Shown: positions 38,300 through 49,052, counted from the first letter of the stretch. The stretch: 64,000 nt of DNA from an uncultured Bacilli bacterium (GCA_963931065.1 OZ006970.1:139458-203457), one strand, 5' to 3'. Translations and numbers: made by a program. The notes: a model not told the origin generated them from the letters alone.

Positions 38300-40132
38300 T
38301 TATCCTAGTTCTATTATAAAAGGATCTAATTTAGTACCTGTACCTCCAGTTATTATGACATTTTCTTTAAGACTTAATGTTGGTTTTATTGCATTAGTTG
38401 TTGTTGGAGCGACATTAAAACTACTACCATATTGTCCAATACGGCGCATTACATACTGGTTATTCGGAGTTATAAGCCAATATGATGTATTATTTTCTTC
38501 TCTATCAAATTGGCCTGCCATTAACTCCCCTAATCTTAATAACCCTACTGTAGCATTTGTTGTATTTGAAGTTAATGTATTACCAGTTTCATCTGTGTAT
38601 TTAGCTAACTTATATGAAATGCCACCTTCACTTACACCTCCTAGATACCAAATTGTATCATCTACTATCATGGCACTATAATTATTGTCAACATAATTTG
38701 TTAAGTATTCACCATTAAGAAAACTTCCTATTGTATTTGTACTTGAAAAAGCTATATCATCACCAAAAGGAGTTACTTTAAATGTTTCAGAGTCTTTAAG
38801 GGAAATATCACTTGTTATTTTTGTTAAACTATTAGTCTCATGACTCACTATTCTATAAAGATTATTATTATCAGTTCCAAACTTAACATATTCTCCACTA
38901 TAACGAGTATTAAGTTTTACACCATTTAGATCTTTATCATTATCTCCTTCAAGGCGATAAGGATCATCTAATGTTCCATTGCCATCTACAATCTTAACAT
39001 TAGATTTTAAATTTATGGAAGGACGTATCCCTAAAGCATTTTTACCATCAAAACAATTACTATTTCCCAAATTATCTATTTCATTCATACTTATATCACT
39101 ATATGGTGTTAATATCCACCAATGAAGACCATTATTTAAATAACCATCACTATTGCTTGTTCCTTTAAAACTCTCTTGATATTCATATAAATTAAGTAAC
39201 CCTACTGTAGCAGTTACAATAGTACCACTATCACTAGGTCTTTTTACATTTCCTAAACTAGAAGAATCCGTTGTTGCATTCCATTTAGAATTTGTTACAA
39301 TAAAATTATCAACATCTCTTAAATTATATAAAAAACCATCTACTGTCATATCATTTAACCATTCTTCCATATAACTTCCTTCAAAAACTGTGTTATCCTT
39401 GGAATAAGGAATTGTACTTATATCCCATTGAGTTACTACTTTAGCTGTTTTTTCTTCATTATTAACACTAACTATCCTCCATAGTTTTCCACTATACCAA
39501 AGATAATTATTAGGAAATTGTCCTGTTGTAAAAGTATCTACTGTATCGTTATATATATTATCCTTACTGATATTACTAAGTGCAACTGTTCCTATTTCTC
39601 CTTCATGGGTTATTTCTTCTAATATGTGACCATTACTTGGTAAAGATAAATCATTATAATCTAACCCTACCTCTACACCTAAATTAATCGTTACACTACT
39701 TCCTGAATTATTTATTACTCTTATTACATAAGTATTACTTGAACCTACTGTTCCTGTTTTTTCTAAATTTATCCCTTTTTCGGTAGGTAAAACATTTGTT
39801 TCTTCTTTATTTATATATCCTATTTTAATGTTAGTTGGTAAATCATCCAAATAATAAAAATTGAATCTTGCTTTTCTATTATTAGGGTTACTTAACTCAA
39901 CTTTAAAATCTTTTACCGTATTTGAAGGAACAGTTAGAGTATTATTTTCTATATCATCAATAGTGAGATTATAAATTAAATTACCTGTTACAATCGTTAT
40001 AGCATTATTCTTTTCTTTTGTTACTGTAAACATAGCATAAGAGAAATATCCTCCTAATACTAATAAAATTACTATAATCATTACTATTATATACATTTTA
40101 GTAAAACTTACCTCTAAGAATAATTTTTTCAT
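38300..40132 (-). CDS. secreted/surface protein, paralog 2 of the tandem-repeat family
   Basis: N-terminal 60 aa nearly identical to paralog 1. Same internal repeat motifs (GLLNLYEYQES, HWWILTP, LGIRPSINLKSN, GGTGTKLDPF). Confidence 0.6.
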   Translation of the reverse strand: MKKLFLEVSFTKMYIIVMIIVILLVLGGYFSYAMFTVTKEKNNAITIVTGNLIYNLTIDDIENNTLTVPSNTVKDFKVELSNPNNRKARFNFYYLDDLPTNIKIGYINKEETNVLPTEKGINLEKTGTVGSSNTYVIRVINNSGSSVTINLGVEVGLDYNDLSLPSNGHILEEITHEGEIGTVALSNISKDNIYNDTVDTFTTGQFPNNYLWYSGKLWRIVSVNNEEKTAKVVTQWDISTIPYSKDNTVFEGSYMEEWLNDMTVDGFLYNLRDVDNFIVTNSKWNATTDSSSLGNVKRPSDSGTIVTATVGLLNLYEYQESFKGTSNSDGYLNNGLHWWILTPYSDISMNEIDNLGNSNCFDGKNALGIRPSINLKSNVKIVDGNGTLDDPYRLEGDNDKDLNGVKLNTRYSGEYVKFGTDNNNLYRIVSHETNSLTKITSDISLKDSETFKVTPFGDDIAFSSTNTIGSFLNGEYLTNYVDNNYSAMIVDDTIWYLGGVSEGGISYKLAKYTDETGNTLTSNTTNATVGLLRLGELMAGQFDREENNTSYWLITPNNQYVMRRIGQYGSSFNVAPTTTNAIKPTLSLKENVIITGGTGTKLDPFIIELG

Positions 40133-40182
40133 AACACTCCTCCTTCATACAGTATTAAGATATAATTGTTCACAATTATATC

Positions 40183-40863
40183 TTAATAACCAACTCTTAA
40201 TATTTTAAAAGTGGCATTCAAACTACTACCATAATTTATCGCTTCCCTACTTGTTTCAAATAATAAATCAAAATCATATAATCTATCAAAACCTATATTT
40301 CCACCTCTATCTAACACTATCGCTTTAAAACTACCTATCTTACTATTACTTACTTCTATAACTGTCCCAAAAGGAATACATTTATCACTAGCAAGTATTC
40401 TTAAAGAACCATAAGTAGAATCTTCATAATAAATAGTTTCACTTATATTATACTCTGATGCAGTTAAATCACCTATATCAGAGCCATAACCACTCATAGT
40501 ACCAGTAAAAGTAGAGCCTACTGTAATAGATGGAATATATACTTCCTCTTTAGGAGTTTCATATTCTATTTTCTCATCTTTTCCTATAACTTCATCTTCT
40601 TTAGGTCCCTCTACTACTTTTGGTACTTCCTCTACTACAGATTTCTCTTCTTCTTTAACTTCTTCTTTTTCTTCTAAAGAAACATCTTCAAGAGGTACAA
40701 CTTCTATAACTTCTTCTTTTACAATAGCATCACTATTTACATAAGTAATCTTATTATTTACATCTATATTTTTTACATCAGGTTTAGTGGTACTAACAAG
40801 TAAACAACACCCCATAAATATAATAGCATTAATAATATAAATAGTTTTTCTCATAAATATCAC
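40183..40863 (-). CDS. 3D-domain (RlpA-like double-psi beta-barrel) cell-wall-associated protein with signal peptide
   Basis: Signal peptide, acidic E/K/V-rich linker, and C-terminal GTMSGYG...ASDKCIPFGTVIEV...AIVLDRGGNIGFDRLD matching 3D-domain proteins such as YocH/YabE. Confidence 0.5.
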   Translation of the reverse strand: MIFMRKTIYIINAIIFMGCCLLVSTTKPDVKNIDVNNKITYVNSDAIVKEEVIEVVPLEDVSLEEKEEVKEEEKSVVEEVPKVVEGPKEDEVIGKDEKIEYETPKEEVYIPSITVGSTFTGTMSGYGSDIGDLTASEYNISETIYYEDSTYGSLRILASDKCIPFGTVIEVSNSKIGSFKAIVLDRGGNIGFDRLYDFDLLFETSREAINYGSSLNATFKILRVGY

Positions 40864-40936
40864 TACTTTCTATAGTAATATTATCTTATCATATTGACAC
40901 TTCTTATACAATAAATTGACAAAACAAAAGTGTAAA

Positions 40937-42349
40937 CTACTGTTCATAATAACTCTTAATAACATCATAATCACAGTATGGCAGATACTTATCATCAATA
41001 GCCATATAATCATCTCTACCCTTACCTGCAATTAAAACTATATCTTTATCCTCTGCCATATCTAAAGCTTTATATATCGCTTTCTTTCTATCGATAATCC
41101 TCTCATAATTAGTTTTATCTGAACCACTAACTAAATCATCTATAATTTGATTAGGATCTTCAAATCTTGGATCATCCATGGTAAATATAACATAATCAGA
41201 CTTTTCCAAAACAACTTTACCCATTAAAGGTCTTTTACTAGTTTCTCTTCCTCCAGCACTACCAGTAACTGTAATTATTCTAGACTCTTTTACATCATTT
41301 AAAAATGTTAATATATTAAGAAGTGCATCAGTAGTATGAGCATAATCTAATATAACTGTATATTTAGAGACAAAAGGCATTATCTCCATTCTTCCCTCTA
41401 TTTGTTTAATCTTACTAACCCTTTTAATTATCTCATCAAAACTAAATCCTTTACATAAAAGGCAAAGAATAGCAGCAGCTAAATTCTCTACATTAAATCT
41501 ACCAAGCAATAAAGATATAACATCATAAGTTTTATTATTATATTTAAAAGTTATAATAGTCTTATCCCTTTTTAAAGTATAATCAACTATTTTTAAAGTA
41601 TCACTATCTTTATAACCATAACTAAGAACATTCCCACTCGCTTCTTTTTTAAACTTATCAAAGTATTTATCACTACTATTTAATATAGAGTATCCTTCAT
41701 CTTTAACTTGTCTAACCAACTGACATTTAGAATCTACATAATTTTCAATTGTCTTATGAACATTCAAATGATCTTCCGAAATACTAGTAACTATTCCTAC
41801 ATCATACTTTATATCATCGAGTCTATGTCTAAAAAACGCTTCACTAGATGCCTCCATACAAACAGTATCACAACCATTATCAATAAACTCTTTAAAATAT
41901 TTATATAATCTATCTACATCAGGGCAAGTATTTTTAATACTAACTTTCTCATTTTTATATTTTTTACCATTAGTACCTATATAAGCACAACTTTCTCCTA
42001 AAAGCCCATAAATAATCTCTGCTACGGTAGTCTTTCCATTAGTACCAGTAACACCTATTATATAAAGATTATCACACGGATAATCATAGAATTTAGCACA
42101 AATTTTTCTAAGCTCTAAATTAGTATCTTTAACTTTTATAACAGGAACAGTTTTTTTTGACACATCACGGCTAACTACAACAGCACTAGCACCGTTTTTA
42201 ATCGCTTCATCTATAAAATCATGCCTATCAGCAGTAACACCCATTGTACACACAAATAAATCCATAGGCTCCACTTCTTTTGAATTTATTTTAATATCTT
42301 TAATTAATCTATCATCATTAATATCATATAATTCACTTAACTTTTTCAT
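40937..42349 (-). CDS. murE: Mur ligase MurE (UDP-MurNAc-tripeptide synthetase)
   Basis: GVTGTNGKTT P-loop, Mur ligase middle and C-terminal domains; N-terminal domain typical of MurE. Confidence 0.75.
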   Translation of the reverse strand: MKKLSELYDINDDRLIKDIKINSKEVEPMDLFVCTMGVTADRHDFIDEAIKNGASAVVVSRDVSKKTVPVIKVKDTNLELRKICAKFYDYPCDNLYIIGVTGTNGKTTVAEIIYGLLGESCAYIGTNGKKYKNEKVSIKNTCPDVDRLYKYFKEFIDNGCDTVCMEASSEAFFRHRLDDIKYDVGIVTSISEDHLNVHKTIENYVDSKCQLVRQVKDEGYSILNSSDKYFDKFKKEASGNVLSYGYKDSDTLKIVDYTLKRDKTIITFKYNNKTYDVISLLLGRFNVENLAAAILCLLCKGFSFDEIIKRVSKIKQIEGRMEIMPFVSKYTVILDYAHTTDALLNILTFLNDVKESRIITVTGSAGGRETSKRPLMGKVVLEKSDYVIFTMDDPRFEDPNQIIDDLVSGSDKTNYERIIDRKKAIYKALDMAEDKDIVLIAGKGRDDYMAIDDKYLPYCDYDVIKSYYEQ

Positions 42350-42562
42350 AACATCAACACCTTCTAATATAAAATATAAAAGATATATTAATCTTGTTAC
42401 TTATATTATATACCATCACAAAAATAATTAAAAGAAAAAGACTTCACGCCCAAGAAATCTTTAACTTATAATAAATATAAACTCTAACTCTCTTTACATC
42501 TATTTGTTAACTATATATTAACATATTTCATATACTATTATCAACTACTTATTTTAAACTTG

Positions 42563-44062
42563 TTAAAGCTTTTTTAAAATGTTACATAGAGATTTTTTTA
42601 AAATGTTACATTTATTATATAATATACCTCTAGAGAAAGAGGTGTTTTATTTTGATAAAAAACAAGAAAAAAGCTTTAGAACTATTAAAGCAAAAAAATA
42701 ATGGTGAAATTAAAATCACCTTTAGTGAAATTTCTAATCAAACTGGTTATTCTAGAATGCATTTAAATCGTTTGATTAAAGAAGTTGAAAAAAAGGATAT
42801 TGATAACCTGTTAGTTCATGGACTCACAGGTAAAAATTCTAATAATTCCGCTCCCAGCCAAGAGATTGAATATATTAAGAATTTTAAAAATCAATATCCA
42901 GTTATTAGTATATCACAGTTTATGGATATTTATCATGAAGATGTTATTTGGAATAAAGAAAAGCAAGCCGATGTAAAAAAATATAATCTTAAAGTTAGAA
43001 GTAAATCTTTCTTTCAACAATTATACAAAAAAGAAGGATGGAAAAGTCCAGTTAAACACAAAAGTTTTAAAAATGATTCTAATCAACATCCTTTAAGAGA
43101 TCCTTCTCCACGAAGAGGAATACTTATTATGACAGATGGTACTCCACACGACTGGTTTGGTAATGGAAAACTATTTTCATTGCATATGACTTTAGATGAT
43201 GCTACTGATGAAATACTTTCAGGATGGTTTATGCCTACAGAATGTCAATTAGGTTATTGTTATGCTTTTAAAATAATGTTTGAAAAATATGGACTACCAC
43301 AATCAATATATTCAGATAGAACAACAATTTTATGGAATCAAAAAGATGGTGAATTAACTCAAGTTGGAAGAATGTTAGATGAACTCGGTATTGAATTAAT
43401 ATACGCAAATACACCACAAGCTAAAGGTAAAATTGAAAACAAAAACAAAGTTGTACAAAACAGATTGTTAAACGATATTAAACGATTTAATATTAAAACA
43501 TATGATGAATTAAATAAATGGTTTAACGATTATTACATTGATTATCTAAATAAAAAGTTCTCCTATCCACCACTAGAAGAAGAGACAGATTTTATTCCTT
43601 TAGATAATACAGACTTATCTACAATAATGTGCATTAAAGTAGATAGAAAAATATTAAATGGCAACATGATATCCATTAATAATAATTATTATATCCCTAT
43701 AAATAGTGATGGCAGTGACTTTGTATTTTATAAAGGAACAACTGTTGAAGTTTGGCAAGATGTATTTACTAATGATATTAGAATTTTTAAAAACAATAAA
43801 ATATATAATACAAGAAAAATTGAAGGACACAGGGTTGATATGAAGAAGAAAGAACAAAAAATAATTGATGACCAAAAACAATTAGAAGTATTATTGAGAG
43901 AAAGAGATGAAAGATTAAAAGCAAGGGCGAAACATAGTTGAGTTCATCTTGACCCTTGCTTTTTAACTTTCATAAATTATAATTATTCTTCAAACAAAGT
44001 TCGCCTTTGTTTGTTATCAATTTAATAATTTAAAAATGTAACATTTCTAAAAAATCTTAACA
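42563..44062 (+). mobile_element. IS element (IS1202/ISNCY-like) flanked by 18-bp direct repeats
   Basis: Direct repeat actacttattttaaactt at 42545-42562 and 44063-44080. Imperfect terminal IRs of about 28 bp (gttaaagcttttttaaaatgttacat... vs RC gttaagattttttagaaatgttacat...). Single 429-aa DDE transposase. Long target duplications are characteristic of the IS1202 group. Confidence 0.7.
42652..43941 (+). CDS. DDE transposase (rve/integrase-core type; IS1202/ISNCY-like)
   Basis: N-terminal HTH (ISNQTGYSRMHLNRLIKE), then catalytic core with MTDGT...HMTLDDATDE...YSDRTT. 429 aa. Confidence 0.65.
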   Translation: MIKNKKKALELLKQKNNGEIKITFSEISNQTGYSRMHLNRLIKEVEKKDIDNLLVHGLTGKNSNNSAPSQEIEYIKNFKNQYPVISISQFMDIYHEDVIWNKEKQADVKKYNLKVRSKSFFQQLYKKEGWKSPVKHKSFKNDSNQHPLRDPSPRRGILIMTDGTPHDWFGNGKLFSLHMTLDDATDEILSGWFMPTECQLGYCYAFKIMFEKYGLPQSIYSDRTTILWNQKDGELTQVGRMLDELGIELIYANTPQAKGKIENKNKVVQNRLLNDIKRFNIKTYDELNKWFNDYYIDYLNKKFSYPPLEEETDFIPLDNTDLSTIMCIKVDRKILNGNMISINNNYYIPINSDGSDFVFYKGTTVEVWQDVFTNDIRIFKNNKIYNTRKIEGHRVDMKKKEQKIIDDQKQLEVLLRERDERLKARAKHS

Positions 44063-44182
44063 CTACTTATTTTAAACTTCTACATTCTCTTTAGATAACC
44101 AAGTAATATTCATAACTTCATCAATAGAGAAAGTTTTTTAGCAATTAGTAAAGTATACCCCCTCTTAATTAAATACTTTCAA

Positions 44183-44228
44183 GAAAAAAAGAGTGAAAAT
44201 TAGTAAAAATAGCCCCTAAAATTCACTC
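44183..44228 (-). terminator. putative rho-independent terminator of ileS
   Basis: gagtgaa/ttcactc stem with a large loop, followed by a U7 run on the minus strand. Confidence 0.35.
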
Positions 44229-44245
44229 CAAAAATCATATAAATT

Positions 44246-47200
44246 TTATTTTTTTCTAACCTCTACTTTTAATCCCATCATTAAATCATTAACAGGAATA
44301 CTCTTCTCTAATTTTTCATCTTTAATGACATCAATAGATAAAGTTTCTTCTTTAACATAATTCATATATTTATCAAGCATCCTATCAACAATTTCTTCTC
44401 CATTATAGTAAAGATTAATTCTATCAGTAATAACAAAATCAGCTTCTTTTCTAAGACTTTGGACTTTTCTAACTACTTCACGAGCAAGTCCTTCAAGAAT
44501 TAAATCATCAGTTAATGTAGTATCAAGTACAACGCTTATATTTCCATTACTAGAAGCACAATATCCTTCCTTATTTTTAAGAGTTGTTATAATCATATCT
44601 TCTGTAATCTTTAACTCTTTACCTAAGAATTCTGTTGTATAGTAACCTGATTTAATTCTATTAACATCATTAATATTAAACTTACTAACTAATTCTCCAA
44701 AAGCTTTAATATCACTACCAAACATCTTACCAACAACTCTAAAGTTAGGCTTAACAATATAATCCATATAAAGACTCATATCATCTTCATAAACTACTTC
44801 TTTAACATTTAATTCTTCTAAAATAATAGATTCTAACTCTCCTACAACACTTTGAAATACTTTAGGAACTAAAATGAAATGAAGTGGTTGTCTAACTTTA
44901 ATAGATACATCTTCTCTAGCATTACGGCCTAAACTACAAATATCTCGAACAACATTCATTCTATTTTCTAATTCATTTGATATTAATGATGTATCTACTT
45001 TAGGAAAATCCCTTAAATGTACACTCTCACCATCAGTCAAATTACGATAAATTTCTTCTGTAACAAATGGTGTAATAGGTGCAGCCATAAGACAAAGTGT
45101 AAGTAAAACTTCATAAGTAGTTTGATATACGGCCTTTTTACTTTCAGTAAGTTCACTATCCCAAAATCTTTTTCTATTACTTCTAATATACCAGTTAGAA
45201 AAATCATCATTCAAAAAATCTACTATATAATGAACTACTTTATTCAAGTCATAATCTTCATATGCTTTAGTTACTAAATCTAAAGTATTATTTAAACGAG
45301 ATAATAACCATTTATCAACTAGTTCTCTATCTTTAACAGGAACATTATAATCTCTTGGATCAATTTTATCAGCATTAGCATACATCTCAAAGAATGAATA
45401 TGCATTTTTTAAAGTTGATAAGTATTTAGAATTAACTTCTTTTAAGCCATCATTATCAAACTTAATAGGAGTCCATACAGGAGATACATAAGGTAAATAG
45501 AATCTAATAACATCACTTCCAAACTCATTCATTAAATCAACTGGTTTAACTATATTACCTTTACTTTTACTCATCTTTTTACCATACTTATCAAGTAATA
45601 AGTCATTAACTAAGACATTTTTATAAGGACTCTTACCAGTAACAAAAGTAGAAATTAGCATAAGAGTATAAAACCATCCCCTAGTCTGATCAATTCCTTC
45701 ACTAATAAAATCAGCTGGAAATTGTTCTTCAAATAACTCTTTATTTTCAAATGGATAATGATACTGAGCAAAAGGCATTGAACCAGAATCAAACCAACAA
45801 TCAATTACTTCACTAACACGGCTCATCTCTTTACCACAGTTTTTACATTTAATATGAATATCATCAACATATGGTCTATGTAATTCTATACTCTCATCTA
45901 TATCTTCAATCGCTTTCTCAATAAGTTCAGCACGTGAACCTATCATCTCTTGGTGCCCACAACTACATTTCCATAAAGGAAGAGGTGTCCCCCAATATCT
46001 ATTTCTTGATATAGCCCAATCATTCATATTTAATAACCAGTTACCAAATCTTTTTTCACCAACAAAAGATGGATACCAATTAACTTCATTATTATTTTTA
46101 ACAACAGCATCTTTTATTTTAGTAACTTCTAAGTAATATGATGGTTTAGCATAATATAAAAGTGGTGTATCACATCTCCAACAATGTGGATAATTATGAG
46201 TCATCTTAATTTTCTTAAATAGTTTACCATTTTCTTTTAAGTATTTAATAACTTCTATATCAGCATCAAATACCCTCATACCTTTCCATAAACCTTCAGT
46301 ATATTTACCATCTTCTCCTACAGGGTTTAAAACAGGTAAATTATATTTCTTACCAACATTATAATCATCTTGTCCAAAAGCAGGTGCAATATGAACAATA
46401 CCAGTACCATCTTCCATAGTTACATAATCATCTACTGTTACAAAGAAAGCTTTCTTATCTACTTTTAAACTAGGTATTAACTGTTCATATTCCATATATT
46501 CTAAGTTCTTACCACTATATTCTTCTAAGACTTTATAGTCATCTCCTAATACTTTAGAAGCTAACTTTTTACCAACAATAAACTTATTACCTTGACTTTC
46601 AACAAGTACATATTCTTCTCTTGGATTAACACAAAGTGCTACATTACTAATTAAAGTCCAAGGAGTAGTAGTCCAAACAAGGAAGTATACATCTTCTCCC
46701 TTTTTCTTCATAGGAACTATAACTGTGTTAGCAGTTACTTCTTTATAACCCTGGGCAACTTCATGAGAAGCAAGACCTGTACCACATCTAGTACAATATG
46801 GAAGAATCTTATGTCCTTCATAAAATAATCCTTCATCAAAGAATTTCTTTAAAATCCACCATTCTGTTTCTATATAGTTATTATCATAAGTAACATAAGG
46901 ATGCTCTAAATCAATAAACTGTCCCATTTCTTTAGTCAAATCAGAAAAAGCCTTCTCATTTTCCCAAACACTCTCACGACACTTCTGATTAAATTCTTTT
47001 ATACCAAACTCTTCGATATCTTTTTTATTACTAAAGCCTAGTTCTTTTTCTACTTGTAACTCTACAGGAAGTCCATGAGTATCCCAACCTACTTTACGAA
47101 GTACTCTATATCCCCTCATAGTTTTATATTTACAAAAAGTATCTTTTAAAAACTTAGCCATCATATGATGAAGTCCTGGTTTACCATTAGCAGTAGCAGG

Positions 47201-47338
47201 TCCATCATAAAAAACAAAGTTTTCACAATCTTTTCTATTATCAATACACTCCTTTAATATATCCATCTTCTCCCATGACTTTAAAATATCCATCTCAACC
47301 TCATGAGTCTTACCTTTTTTTAATTCTTTAAATGCCAT
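44246..47338 (-). CDS. ileS: isoleucine--tRNA ligase
   Basis: 1030 aa with HIGH-type motif (PATANGKPGLHHMMAK), KMSKS motif (KMSKSKGN), editing domain, and C-terminal zinc-binding Cys pairs. Confidence 0.9.
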   Translation of the reverse strand: MAFKELKKGKTHEVEMDILKSWEKMDILKECIDNRKDCENFVFYDGPATANGKPGLHHMMAKFLKDTFCKYKTMRGYRVLRKVGWDTHGLPVELQVEKELGFSNKKDIEEFGIKEFNQKCRESVWENEKAFSDLTKEMGQFIDLEHPYVTYDNNYIETEWWILKKFFDEGLFYEGHKILPYCTRCGTGLASHEVAQGYKEVTANTVIVPMKKKGEDVYFLVWTTTPWTLISNVALCVNPREEYVLVESQGNKFIVGKKLASKVLGDDYKVLEEYSGKNLEYMEYEQLIPSLKVDKKAFFVTVDDYVTMEDGTGIVHIAPAFGQDDYNVGKKYNLPVLNPVGEDGKYTEGLWKGMRVFDADIEVIKYLKENGKLFKKIKMTHNYPHCWRCDTPLLYYAKPSYYLEVTKIKDAVVKNNNEVNWYPSFVGEKRFGNWLLNMNDWAISRNRYWGTPLPLWKCSCGHQEMIGSRAELIEKAIEDIDESIELHRPYVDDIHIKCKNCGKEMSRVSEVIDCWFDSGSMPFAQYHYPFENKELFEEQFPADFISEGIDQTRGWFYTLMLISTFVTGKSPYKNVLVNDLLLDKYGKKMSKSKGNIVKPVDLMNEFGSDVIRFYLPYVSPVWTPIKFDNDGLKEVNSKYLSTLKNAYSFFEMYANADKIDPRDYNVPVKDRELVDKWLLSRLNNTLDLVTKAYEDYDLNKVVHYIVDFLNDDFSNWYIRSNRKRFWDSELTESKKAVYQTTYEVLLTLCLMAAPITPFVTEEIYRNLTDGESVHLRDFPKVDTSLISNELENRMNVVRDICSLGRNAREDVSIKVRQPLHFILVPKVFQSVVGELESIILEELNVKEVVYEDDMSLYMDYIVKPNFRVVGKMFGSDIKAFGELVSKFNINDVNRIKSGYYTTEFLGKELKITEDMIITTLKNKEGYCASSNGNISVVLDTTLTDDLILEGLAREVVRKVQSLRKEADFVITDRINLYYNGEEIVDRMLDKYMNYVKEETLSIDVIKDEKLEKSIPVNDLMMGLKVEVRKK

Positions 47339-47620
47339 AAACTATCTCCTCCTAAACAAAAAATCTATGAATCATAAGGGAGTATAAAAGGAGTATACTC
47401 GGTACCACCTTAGTTCATAGATTTTATCTATCTTATATTTATAACGGTATTACCCGGCTTTAACTTATCCTTAAAGCACATATGAAAGTGATTCGAAATA
47501 AGTTCCTTTATTAGTTTCCACCATCCACTAACTCTCTTAAAAATTTCCTTATTTCCGTCTTTCTCATTTGTTTTAAATAAAACTAAACAAAATATATCAC
47601 AAACAAATGGTATTATGCAA
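47339..47620 (-). ncRNA. T-box riboswitch leader of ileS
   Basis: Conserved T-box sequence aaggtggtaccgag on the minus strand (plus 47398-47411), immediately upstream of a palindromic terminator/antiterminator segment and the ileS RBS. Exact 5' end not determined. Confidence 0.6.
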
Positions 47621-47637
47621 CTGTTTTTTTAATTATT

Positions 47638-48804
47638 TTACCTTATAACTCTACTAGTATCTAAACTAGGAGGTTTTGAAAAAGCATTCTCAGTACTATT
47701 AATTGATTCTAAAGCCTCTCTCATACTATCTAATTGCGCTCTTTTAATAGCAATATCTTGTTCTTTCTCTTTTCTTTTTTCTAGAGTTTTATCTTTATAT
47801 TCTTGATGAGCATAAGAAATACTATCTATATTATTTTTAATATCACTTTTAATAGAATTATATCTATCTACTCCAATATCTTTAATCTCTTTTAATTCTG
47901 TATTAAACTTAGTAACTATTCTACTCTTAGTACTTGATACTTTACCTATAACTTCATAAGTATTTAAAGCTACATTAAATTTAAATGTATTAACTTTATC
48001 ATTAAAATTATCTATTAAATTATCTTTCTTACTCTTAAAATATTTAACAACTCTATTAGTAGCTTTACCAAGATAACAAGATTGCCTCTTCGCTTTTTGC
48101 ATTTTCTCATTTATATTAGAAAAAGGAATATCTCGATTCTTAAGTTCTATTTTAACACCTTCATCAAAATTAATAGCATTATTTAACTCTTGTTCTTTCA
48201 CTTTTTCTTCTTCTTTTTTAGCCATCTCTACTATTTTATTATATTTATTAGTCTCATATTTTAGTTTAACACTTTCTATAGCATTCTTAATCGTTAAATC
48301 AATTGTAGTATTTTCTCTAACTTTTTTAATAGCAGAGTTTTTAACATTAATAGCAAAAGATGAAGCACGACTAACTTTACTAGCTCCCATTTCTTTTATA
48401 TGTAAAAAAGTATTACTAACTTCACTTCCTAAATTAATAACATCATCTTTTTTATCATTAACAAAATTAATAATATCTTCTTTTCTTTTATCTCTTATAG
48501 CAGCCTTAAAATCTTCTTTCGCTTGTTTTCTTTCTAATTTTTGTTCCTTTTCCTGCAACTTTTCTGCTTTTCTAATTTCTTTTTCCCGTTTCTTTTCAAT
48601 TTTCTCCATCATTGCATCATATTTAGCGATAGCTTTCTCTATTTTAAAGCGTCTATATGGTGCAAGTAATTTATTAGAAATAGAAGTAATTCTTGCTTTT
48701 CTAAGTTCTGCTTTAGCCTTCTTATACTCATCTAAACTAGAAACTAATCTCTCTTCATTAGATTTAAGCTCTCTTTCTAATTCTTCTAAAGTCATTTTTA
48801 TCAC
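47638..48804 (-). CDS. hypothetical coiled-coil protein (Lys/Glu-rich)
   Basis: 388 aa, strongly charged, predicted long coiled coils. No enzymatic motifs. Confidence 0.35.
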   Translation of the reverse strand: MIKMTLEELERELKSNEERLVSSLDEYKKAKAELRKARITSISNKLLAPYRRFKIEKAIAKYDAMMEKIEKKREKEIRKAEKLQEKEQKLERKQAKEDFKAAIRDKRKEDIINFVNDKKDDVINLGSEVSNTFLHIKEMGASKVSRASSFAINVKNSAIKKVRENTTIDLTIKNAIESVKLKYETNKYNKIVEMAKKEEEKVKEQELNNAINFDEGVKIELKNRDIPFSNINEKMQKAKRQSCYLGKATNRVVKYFKSKKDNLIDNFNDKVNTFKFNVALNTYEVIGKVSSTKSRIVTKFNTELKEIKDIGVDRYNSIKSDIKNNIDSISYAHQEYKDKTLEKRKEKEQDIAIKRAQLDSMREALESINSTENAFSKPPSLDTSRVIR

Positions 48805-48809
48805 ACACC

Positions 48810-49052
48810 TTATGAAAACATTGCATTTACTATATCTTTTATCTTAGCTTTCTCTAAATCAGTCTCTAAATCAACTAATATATCTTTACCATCACTATCT
48901 TTAACTATACGAGAAGCTAGAATATCACTAGTCTCATCCCCTTTATCAATAGCATAAATAGCATAATCATTACCATCAAGACTAATAGTCTTTAACATTT
49001 CTGCTTCCTTAACCTCACCATCTACTTCAATTTTAAATTTAACATCATCCAT
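48810..49052 (-). CDS. DUF1292 family protein
   Basis: Start taken at MDDVKFKIEVDGE. The acidic pattern ...DGNDYAIYAIDKGDETSDILASRIVKDSDGKDILVDLETD matches DUF1292. Confidence 0.5.
   Translation of the reverse strand: MDDVKFKIEVDGEVKEAEMLKTISLDGNDYAIYAIDKGDETSDILASRIVKDSDGKDILVDLETDLEKAKIKDIVNAMFS

Noticed and set aside
38355-38681. 108-aa plus-strand ORF
   Set aside because: Fully antisense within paralog 2; no independent support.
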